A DNA stretch of 37,906 nt from Octopus bimaculoides (taxonomy: Eukaryota): NCBI RefSeq assembly GCF_001194135.2, contig NC_068998.1, positions 25,847,429 through 25,885,334 on the forward strand, read 5' to 3'. The notes under the pieces are model-generated. The model saw nothing but the letters and a program-made list of their open reading frames with translations. It was not told the DNA's origin and did not search any database. Positions 1 through 9,275 of the stretch are shown in pieces. A program made the position numbers and the translations under genes. Each line of letters begins with the position of its first letter. Position 1 is the first letter of the stretch.

Positions 1-64
1 GAGAGACAGAGAGAGTGAGAGAAGTGGGTTATATATCTCCTGCCAGTAGGTCAGACGGACCACC

Positions 65-1063
65 TACGAGGGATATTCATTAACGATTTCCTCTGACCCA
101 CTTCCTGTTATTCCAGGAAACAGTTCTTGTACAGGTATAATTATACATGTCTCTACATGTCACCTTGTAATTTGCAGAGCTTCCCATTAAGATTCGCTTG
201 TCTTCTACGGCTGTTTAACTGAACTAAGGTGTTATAATGGAGGCAGTTGAAGGCAGATCAGTGATCAGGTTCTTATACTTGAAAGAACGTAAATCAAAAG
301 AGTCTTTCGATGAGAGTACAGAAGTTTTTGTTGACGATGAACTGGCATCGCCAGTTCAAATGTGGTTGGATATCGGTAGAAATTGCCCCTATTCCTAGAC
401 GATCACAATCCGCCATTGATGACGACACCATCCATAAAGTGGAAGCCGCTATTCTGGAGGATCACCGCATAACATGCGGCATGTAGCCAAGAAGGGAAGA
501 TAAGTGGAGGATCCGTCGTAAAAATCTTTCACGATCAATTGCACATGCGGAAGTTGTCTAGACGATGGATTTCTGGATACTCACACAAACGAGGACTTCG
601 TCGGCAGACTTTTCGCACAGAATGAAACATGGATCTTTCACTTTGATCCAGAGACTAAAATCTTGTCGAAGGAATGGAGGCATGATTCACCACCTCCAAT
701 GAAGGTTCGTGTCCAACCCCCAGCAGGGAAGTGATGCCCACAGTCTTTTAAGACCAGCGTGGAGTAGTGATGATGGATTTTCTGGCAAAGGGCACCACAA
801 TTAACGGGCCATATTTTGCTTCTCTGCTGCAGAAATTGCTGGACGCCATCAAAGCAGAGAGGCGGGGCATGCTGACTAAAGGTGTTCGCCTCTTCTAAGA
901 CAACGCGCCAGTTCACAATGCGCATGTTGGCCAGATGTGTGCACACTCGTAAGGCTATGAAATCTTTCCTCACCCACCCTCCTTCCGTACTCACCCCACT
1001 TCGCAACATCTGACTTCCAACTCTTTCCAACCATAAAGTCTTTTTTGAGGGGAAAGCACTTTT
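65..1063 (+). mobile_element. Mariner (Tc1/mariner, Himar1/irritans-like) transposon fossil #1, 3'-truncated
   Basis: TIR-like start TACGAGGG at 65; ATG at 237 (MEAVEGRSVIRFLYLK). Frameshifted translation gives transposase motifs: LHMRKLSRRW, NETWIFHFDPETK (621, first catalytic D changed to N), AGKVMPTVF, GTTING, *DNAPVH (899), YSPHFATSDFQLFP (988-1020), LRGKHFS. Contains stops and frameshifts; no C-terminus or 3' TIR seen. Confidence 0.92.
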
Positions 1064-1547
1064 CGTACGTTCGCCTATATTTATGTACTAAATCACCCTC
1101 GCTTGAAACACACACATGCTCACCCACATACTCACCAAAAACTATACACCTATGTACATATACATATATATACCCGCATACACACCCACACACACACGCA
1201 CACAACAAACCCCACGCCCATACACACGCACGCAAAAAAGGTTATAGGGCTAAAAGGAGTGCGTGCGTATATAGATGTATGTGCGTGCATGCGAAAGTAT
1301 GCGCATGTTAGACGCGTTTTAACTTTATAGCTTTCTCACACTATCTTCTGATTTTGCTTTTAGCCCTATAATTTTTTTTCGTGCGTGTGTATGGGTGCGA
1401 GGTTGTTGTGTGCGTGTGTGTGTGGGTGTGTATGCGGGTACATATATGTATATGTACATATATGTATAGTTTTTGGCGAGTATGTGGGTGAGCATGTATG
1501 TGTTTCAAGCGAGGGTGGTTTAGTATATAAATATAGGCGAAGGTACG
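1064..1547. repeat. Long inverted repeat / foldback (arms 1064-1256 and 1357-1547, 100-bp spacer)
   Basis: Left arm CGTACGTTCGCCTATATTTATG...TTATAGGGCTAAAAG is the reverse complement of the right arm CTTTTAGCCCTATAA...ATAAATATAGGCGAAGGTACG; about 15 differences in ~190 bp by eye. Confidence 0.95.
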
Positions 1548-1638
1548 GATCGGTGTGCTTACGTGAACACTATAGACTGTTCTACTCCCTCCCCTTACTT
1601 AGCGGTCTATAGATTTTTGTCTTAATAACGGTCAACCG

Positions 1639-1791
1639 CACAGTAATTTCCCTTTGTTTAACGGTCATTTTTCACAGGAATGTTCAATGGCCGGATAACT
1701 GATGAGATGTTGGCGTAGGTTCCCACCCCGGCATCCGAAACTCGGAGTTTTATCATGGCTACCCAATAAGTGCCACATATTTTTACAGATA
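1639..1791 (-). repeat. Unclassified dispersed repeat (family C), inverted relative to the copy at 6751-6906
   Basis: CACAGTAATTTCCCTTTG...GCATCCGAAACTCGGAGTTTTATCATGGCTAC...ATATTTTTACAGATA is the reverse complement of 6751-6906. Confidence 0.88.
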
Positions 1792-1807
1792 TATATATGT
1801 GTATATA

Positions 1808-1849
1808 GGGAGAATTCACAAAAAACAAAAGACGAAGACAGGTGGTGTA
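1808..1849 (+). repeat. Short terminal motif of family C repeat, also at 6632-6676
   Basis: GGGAGAATTCACAAAAAACAAAAGACGAAGACAGGTGGTGTA versus GGGAGAATATACAAAAAATAACAACAGACGAGGACAGGTGGTGTA; both follow a (TA)n run. Confidence 0.8.
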
Positions 1850-1873
1850 CAAAATATATATATGCATTTTTTA

Positions 1874-2068
1874 TCTTTTATATTTCACACGTTTTAGTCA
1901 TTAGCCTGCGTCCCTGCTGGAGCATCGCCATGAAGAATTTTTAGTCGAATGAACTGACCCCAATACTAAATATCTTTGTTAGGCCTGATACTTATTCTAT
2001 CAGTTGCTTTTGCCGACCTGCTAAGTTACGGGGACATTAAAACACCAACACCAGTTGTCAAGCGGTGG
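1874..2068 (-). mobile_element. SINE family B, 3' half
   Basis: Reverse complement aligns with the 3' halves of 4757-5155 and 18361-18754 (CGCTTGACAAC...CCCGTAACTTAGC...GATAGAATAAGTA...TTCGACTAAA...GCTCCAGCA). Confidence 0.88.
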
Positions 2069-3627
2069 CTGGAGCTGAATATCTGTATGGATACACAAAT
2101 GTGTGTGCATGTGTGTGTGCGCGCGTGCGCGCCTTTATATGGAAAAATGTATTACTTCTTTGTGTGTAATTTAGTATTTCGCAGATTATATGCATTTCAC
2201 TTCCCAATTATGTGAACCGTCGTCCGATCCTGGTGTATCCTTGTGACACAAACGTCCCGTGTCGTCAGACTTTCCTACTGATGCCTTCTCAACATTTCGA
2301 TTTGTGTACTGGTGTTTGTGGAATACTGAACTTACTTATATATTAGTTTAATTAATTACTTATATATAAGTGTAATAAGCAGAGGTTTCCGACGGCCGAA
2401 CAAGCGAACATACATTGTCGAGATCAGTTAAGGATCCTCCAATATACAAGTGTGTGTAAGTGTATGCTTATAAATTACATCATGTTGTGTGTATAGTAAA
2501 AAGGAAAACTTAATTTCAATATAAAAAAGCTCATACAATGTGGCCTAAAAACACTGTAGATTGTTTGTGTAACGTACAAAACTACTGCCAACATACCAAT
2601 TGCTGTAAAGTTTCGAGGACACGTTATAGGTTTTGCTTTATGTTTCGTGTTTCACAAAAACGATTAATATATAACAGCTGCGTAGGTTTTTCACGGATAA
2701 ACATTACTTGTAAATAATGTAGAGAATGGAAAATATTAAACATGAAATCATTGCTACTCCTTTGTTGAAATAAAACATTACAAAATTTATTAGCAATATG
2801 GGGATAAAAGATTTATATTACAAGATGCGGTTGGATTTTATTATTACATATTATATATACAGATATCATTAGAATTTTATTAAATATATCAAAATTGAGG
2901 CGCTAAGCGTAATTGAATCAATTCGGTTGGAAATTTGCCAAAGACAAACATGGTTTTACATTCACATGACGGTTGGAAATACGTACATATTAAATATATG
3001 TGTGTATTTATCTATCTAGCTATTTATCTTTATCTATGAAGAAAAGTAGAAAACGTGAGGTAAACGGAGAATACATGTGTGGGTATGAGTGTACAAAAAG
3101 AAGCTTATTAAGGGAAAGATAGAGAGATAGGGAGAGAAACAGAGACAGAGAGTGGTAGAAAACGTAGAAGAATGAACTTAGTTCTATTTGGTTCAGCAGT
3201 TTCACAGAACCTGAGTATACTTTCTATCCCTTCCAGCTTTATTATGTTATGTACCAGGATTATGTGAAATATTAGTAATATTTAGTAAACATTAAGATAT
3301 ATATATAAATCGATAAACGAAAACTAAAGCCCCGCATATTAAACGAACTGCAAGAACTAAGAGCCAATTTTCTCTCATATTACTACCTAAATTTTAAATT
3401 TAAGGAAGACTACGTTGAATAAATGTTGAGCTACCGGACAATATCCCAAAAATTGCGACATAGTTAACAATGAAATGCTGCTGATCATCGTTCTGCAGAA
3501 TCAGTACAGCAGTGGGATTAACCAACAACACACAACACAGTAGTAGCAGTAATAACGATAACAATAAAAATAATAATGATAATAACAATACATCTGTGTA
3601 TATGTGTGTATGTATATATATATATAT

Positions 3628-4507
3628 NNNNNNNNNNNNNNNNNNNNNNNNNNNNNNNNNNNNNNNNNNNNNNNNNNNNNNNNNNNNNNNNNNNNNNNNN
3701 NNNNNNNNNNNNNNNNNNNNNNNNNNNNNNNNNNNNNNNNNNNNNNNNNNNNNNNNNNNNNNNNNNNNNNNNNNNNNNNNNNNNNNNNNNNNNNNNNNNN
3801 NNNNNNNNNNNNNNNNNNNNNNNNNNNNNNNNNNNNNNNNNNNNNNNNNNNNNNNNNNNNNNNNNNNNNNNNNNNNNNNNNNNNNNNNNNNNNNNNNNNN
3901 NNNNNNNNNNNNNNNNNNNNNNNNNNNNNNNNNNNNNNNNNNNNNNNNNNNNNNNNNNNNNNNNNNNNNNNNNNNNNNNNNNNNNNNNNNNNNNNNNNNN
4001 NNNNNNNNNNNNNNNNNNNNNNNNNNNNNNNNNNNNNNNNNNNNNNNNNNNNNNNNNNNNNNNNNNNNNNNNNNNNNNNNNNNNNNNNNNNNNNNNNNNN
4101 NNNNNNNNNNNNNNNNNNNNNNNNNNNNNNNNNNNNNNNNNNNNNNNNNNNNNNNNNNNNNNNNNNNNNNNNNNNNNNNNNNNNNNNNNNNNNNNNNNNN
4201 NNNNNNNNNNNNNNNNNNNNNNNNNNNNNNNNNNNNNNNNNNNNNNNNNNNNNNNNNNNNNNNNNNNNNNNNNNNNNNNNNNNNNNNNNNNNNNNNNNNN
4301 NNNNNNNNNNNNNNNNNNNNNNNNNNNNNNNNNNNNNNNNNNNNNNNNNNNNNNNNNNNNNNNNNNNNNNNNNNNNNNNNNNNNNNNNNNNNNNNNNNNN
4401 NNNNNNNNNNNNNNNNNNNNNNNNNNNNNNNNNNNNNNNNNNNNNNNNNNNNNNNNNNNNNNNNNNNNNNNNNNNNNNNNNNNNNNNNNNNNNNNNNNNN
4501 NNNNNNN
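3628..4507. other. Assembly gap (N run); other gaps at 5654-5858, 6604-6613, 7745-7975, 12996-13308, 25274-25452, 27095-27941, 29932-29941, 35022-35594
   Basis: Runs of n, almost all bordered by TA, CA or TATG microsatellites, as expected for a short-read assembly. Confidence 0.98.
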
Positions 4508-4563
4508 TATATACATGTATGTATACATATATACATGTATGTATACATATATATATACGTGTA

Positions 4564-4597
<34 letters not shown>

Positions 4598-4625
4598 CGT
4601 GTGTGTGTGCTTATATATACATGCA

Positions 4626-4656
<31 letters not shown>

Positions 4657-4756
4657 GCTGTCTTATATACAAGCCTTCAGTCAATATCTCGATAAAGACC
4701 TCAAAACACAAAAACGAACCCTTTAATACGTTACTGCTGATCAAATTACATAAAAT

Positions 4757-5155
4757 CGGCTGTGTTAAGTAGCTTCTTTACCAACCACATGATTCCGGGT
4801 TCAATCTCACTGCGTGGCACCTTGGGCGTGTCTTCTACTATAGCCTCGGGCCGACCAAAGCCTTGTGAGTAGAGTTGGTCGATGGAAACTGAAAGAAGCC
4901 CGTCCTTTATATGTATATGTATATATATATGTGTATGTGTGTTTGTGTGTCTGTGGTTGCCCCCCCCCACATCGCTTGACAACCGATGCTGGTGTGTTTA
5001 CGTCACCGTAACTTAGCCGTTCGGTAAAAGATACCGATAGAATTAGTACTACGCTTACAAAGTATAAGTCATGGGGTTGATTTGCTCGAGTAAAGGCGTC
5101 GCTCCATCATGGCCGCTGTGAACTGACTGAAACGAGTAAAAGAGTAGAAGAGTAA
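4757..5155 (+). mobile_element. SINE family B (tRNA-derived head, central (TA/TG)n tract), near full length
   Basis: Head with B-box-like GGGTTCAATCTC (~4797-4808), then GCGTGGCACCTTGGGC-GTGTCTTCTACTATAGCCTCGGGCCGACCAAAGCC. Colinear with 18361-18754; tail AAGAGTAGAAGAGTA. Matches a SINE I recall as abundant in Octopus. Confidence 0.92.
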
Positions 5156-5608
5156 CATTCACAGAAATCCAAACATACAAAGACGACAGCTACTAATTAT
5201 TTCACATATTCTTTCAAAAACATAACACGAAATCAAAACACTTCATATACTCAAAGCACACTTTAAAATAAATCGTTCATAGAAAGCAAGCAATTAATAT
5301 CAAACAATAAAAATAATGTTTATTCCTAACTTCAGGCATGAAATATGGAGGCAAGACTTTAAGCTTGAAATCTGGAGGCAAGCATTGTTGTATAAATATA
5401 TTGTTATAAGCTAAGCTTTGCTAGACTATGTTGTAGGATATTCCAAAGTGACACGTCTGCATTTCGTCTTGGATGCGATTGCAGTGTGGTGTCCTATGAA
5501 AAACAAAGGCATTTTTCGAATATTATAACGGAAGGAGGATGAGAACAAGGGTCGTCCACGACCTGCTTTTCAACTTTCACAGATCACAGTATAACTCATA
5601 AACAATCC

Positions 5609-5653
<45 letters not shown>

Positions 5654-5858
5654 NNNNNNNNNNNNNNNNNNNNNNNNNNNNNNNNNNNNNNNNNNNNNNN
5701 NNNNNNNNNNNNNNNNNNNNNNNNNNNNNNNNNNNNNNNNNNNNNNNNNNNNNNNNNNNNNNNNNNNNNNNNNNNNNNNNNNNNNNNNNNNNNNNNNNNN
5801 NNNNNNNNNNNNNNNNNNNNNNNNNNNNNNNNNNNNNNNNNNNNNNNNNNNNNNNNNN

Positions 5859-5902
<44 letters not shown>

Positions 5903-6631
5903 CATATATATTGACGATGCGCACAAACACAATCCAGCGTGTATATACTTGTACTAACACAACCTTATTCGAAAGGATGACAAATATATCACTACACATT
6001 TTGTGCGCCACTAACAAATATAATGTATATCACTGACATCGCTCATCTCGTGCCAAACACCTCCAATAACACGTCTAGTCATATATCACATGTACCTCCT
6101 AAAATAACTTCATAATGCAGTTGCCTGGACTCAGGCTTATGGATTGACCGTGCACATACTTATGTGCTGGGTAAATATATGTTTATTCATACATGTATAA
6201 TATATGCATTGATAAGTACTTTTATGTACGTAAACTCATGCATATATACACATATATACACACACACACATATTTATGTGTATATATACCTTCATATGTT
6301 TTAAGATGCACGAATTTAGGAAAGAGATTGAAGGGTCTTGGATGTCCTATAAATTTTACTTAATGGTCATTGAAAAAATAAGTAATAATTTATATATTCA
6401 CAGGCACACAAGAATCTTCACACATACACTCACACACAAACACGTACACACACGCATACACGCACACACACACAGACATATATATGTGTATGAATATATG
6501 TATGTATGGATGTACGTATGTATGTATATATATATATATGTATGTATGTATGTATGCATGTGTGTATGTATGTATGTATGAATCCATATATATATATATA
6601 TATNNNNNNNNNNATATATATATATATATAT

Positions 6632-6906
6632 GGGAGAATATACAAAAAATAACAACAGACGAGGACAGGTGGTGTAAATAACAAAAGTATCTGACAGGAA
6701 GGGCAACAAAAGAAAGAAAGAGACCTCGATATTATGTAAATAGAGGAATTTATCTGTAAAAATATGTGACACTTATCCAGTAGCCATGATAAAACTCCGA
6801 GTTTCGGATGCCAGGGTGGGATCCCACGCCAACATCTCTTCAGTTATCCGGCCAATTGAAAATTCCTGTGAAAAATGACCGTTAAAAACAAAGGGAAATT
6901 ACTGTG
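6632..6906 (+). repeat. Unclassified dispersed repeat (family C), longer copy
   Basis: Holds the GGGAGAA...GACAGGTGGTGTA motif and the 156-bp segment found inverted at 1639-1791. Confidence 0.85.
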
Positions 6907-7089
6907 TAGTGACATGGTCAAAACGCATCTAAAACTGCGTATAATTATCGCATGCACGCATATAGCCATATATGCACGCACATATCTCTATATACGGAGA
7001 GAGTACGACGAGGAACTTTACAGCAATAAAGTAGAAACAGGTAATAATGTACATCAATTAAGAAAATATGTTTCTTTAATATTCAACAG

Positions 7090-7241
7090 GAGCTATAAAT
7101 AACATCAAAGGAAGTTATATAAGCAACTGGGGAATTAACATGCAATATTTCACGCGGAAAAATTTAGGAAGTGAGCTAAATACACCAATAAGAGTAAATC
7201 TACAACTTGTAATACTGTCTACAAGAGAATTATTCATCCAA
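7090..7241 (+). CDS. Candidate internal exon of an unidentified gene
   Basis: Acceptor tttctttaatattcaacag|G, 152-nt open frame (G)AINNIKGSYISNWGINMQYFTRKNLGSELNTPIRVNLQLVILSTRELFIQ, donor CAA|gtaagg. Phase-compatible with an upstream segment ending ...EYDEELYSNKVET-G|gtaata at 7040. No protein family recognised. Confidence 0.3.
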
Positions 7242-7975
7242 GTAAGGTACTTTTATATATATTTAACTTATTCGAATCAAAGCAATAATAAAAAGAAATG
7301 ATACTAAACATGGCTTTCAGAGTCTTAGAGACGTTGTTGAATAGGCTTTAAACGGTTGTTTTGAAGGAGGTTTTCTTAGAAGCCCACTTGAAAATTTGTC
7401 AGAACTTTATTCACTTCAAATTCTTTTGAGTGATATATGATTCCAATGATTTTTTATGACAAAATAAATATAGCATCAAGCTTTCGATCGTATATATGTT
7501 ATAAAGTGTACGTGCAAAATTCTTTTGTCAGGAAATACAGACTTTAACTAGCTTAAAACAGTAGATGTCAGAAAAAGGTGAACAATAATGAAAATTGAAG
7601 AGAAAAAAGATCAATTCATTTGAAACAACCCGCATGTTTCTCAGTCATTTTCATAAATTTAAATAACTGTGATGAATAATAAAGGAAAATGTAACAGCCG
7701 AGAAAACAATAAAGCTACACACTACAGCAGCTTTACGATCGTCGNNNNNNNNNNNNNNNNNNNNNNNNNNNNNNNNNNNNNNNNNNNNNNNNNNNNNNNN
7801 NNNNNNNNNNNNNNNNNNNNNNNNNNNNNNNNNNNNNNNNNNNNNNNNNNNNNNNNNNNNNNNNNNNNNNNNNNNNNNNNNNNNNNNNNNNNNNNNNNNN
7901 NNNNNNNNNNNNNNNNNNNNNNNNNNNNNNNNNNNNNNNNNNNNNNNNNNNNNNNNNNNNNNNNNNNNNNNNNNN

Positions 7976-8170
7976 GTATCGTATGTCTGCAGCGCAATGA
8001 TGACACTATAACGAAAGTCTTCTCGATTAAGCGCAAGTTCTCCACACTGACCTGCGACACCACTCCATCCAGCTTGTGATATTAATCATACAGTGCGTTA
8101 TTTGCCTGCTTCTTGATCAACTACTCCCTACTTGGTCATGATTTTCAGACCTCTGCGTATTCGAATATGG
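7976..8170 (-). mobile_element. Probable RTE-type LINE 3' end remnant
   Basis: Reverse strand reads like the end of an RTE ORF (…AATATCACAAGCTGGATGG…CTTGCGCTTAATCGAGAAGACTTTCG…) and ends in CATACGATAC running into a gap, consistent with a short tandem-repeat tail. Confidence 0.45.
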
Positions 8171-8299
8171 CCATAATAAATGAGCTTTTTTTTTTTTTTA
8201 TATTTCACACTGTTCCTATTTCACCTATTTCTCGTAAAACCCATTCGTTTGTCCGATGGTCCTTGTAAGAGACTGTTAACATTCTCCTATACACCCACA

Positions 8300-9275
8300 T
8301 TTCAAAGGAGTGAGTCGGGGCTGTCTTCTTCCTCAATACTTGTTCAGCATCTACACTGAGTGAATAATGCGAGATGCAATACGGGAAGCAAAATGCGTGG
8401 CTTGCATATTTTTAATCTAGGGTATGTAGTCAATACTATTCTAATAGCCAAGACTGAAGCCGGACTACAAGAAATGATAGAGTGGAGAAGGTATCAAATA
8501 CGCATGGTCTTTATCTCAAACACATGAAATCAAAAACCATAGTAGCGGGAAAAGGAAAAAAATATTAACATCAAACTGAGTGCTGAGAGGCTTAAAAAAG
8601 GTTGAGATGTACGAGTTTGTTGGAGTCCAAATCTTTGATGAAGTGACATGTAAGAAAGAATTTATGACATGACTAGCTATGAGAAGAATCTCCATAGGAA
8701 AGCTTGATAATATCTGGAGAGGCAAACATCGACAATGTTAAAAGGTTAGTGCGAGCGCTGATTTGGCCGATAGGTATTAATGGTTCCGAAGCATGGATTC
8801 TGAACAAATTAGAAGAGAATTACGGAGACGTTACCTAAATTAGACCATGGTTCATCGAATTAAAGGATTGCAATAACAAAATTCATTTTTTTCATAGCAA
8901 TACTATTTCAGCTGCAGATTATGAATGCAGGTCATGGACGTTAGATGACAAAAACAGATTATGAAATATTACAGAAAGATGCTTTTATGTACAAAACATT
9001 TGCATTACACAGATCGCAGGTAAAAAATGTTAGGTGCTTCAACGAATAATCAAGAGGAGTATAACGAAATGGTTTATTCCCATAAAAGGACACCATGAAT
9101 ACTTGCCTGTAGTAACTATAGGGTGTACGGACAAACACTCGGCGATGTGGTTTAAGAAAGCCAGAAAGATTGTTTGGGAACATCAGAGGAAAAACAAAGT
9201 ATAAGTACAAAAATGATGTTCAGTTAAGATGGCATGTTTACTCCCTTGCTCTTGACCCACGGCTTCCCTCTTCGT
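8300..9275 (+). mobile_element. RTE-clade LINE reverse transcriptase / C-terminal fragments (decayed; apparently two fused pieces)
   Basis: Translations across frameshifts: LFSIYTE*IMRDA, ILIAKTEAGLQEM, KVEMYEFVG, KLDNIWRG, VKRLVRALIWPIGINGSEAWILNK, then again SAADYECRSWTLDDKNRL. These resemble the RTE thumb/C-terminal motif KALVFPIATYGCESWTL. Confidence 0.8.

Noticed and set aside
876-1612. Pair of similar short ORFs (…LCACVCGCVCGYIYVYVH…) on opposite strands
   Set aside because: They are the two arms of the foldback read in mirror image.
3400-4772. Long 360-420 aa ORFs here and at 26859-28287, 34776-35725, 12928-13356, 25137-25699, 5570-6017, 7669-8079
   Set aside because: They run through N-gaps translated as X and are otherwise microsatellite.
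4757-4830. tRNA-like B-box sequences
   Set aside because: They are SINE heads; no complete cloverleaf is present.
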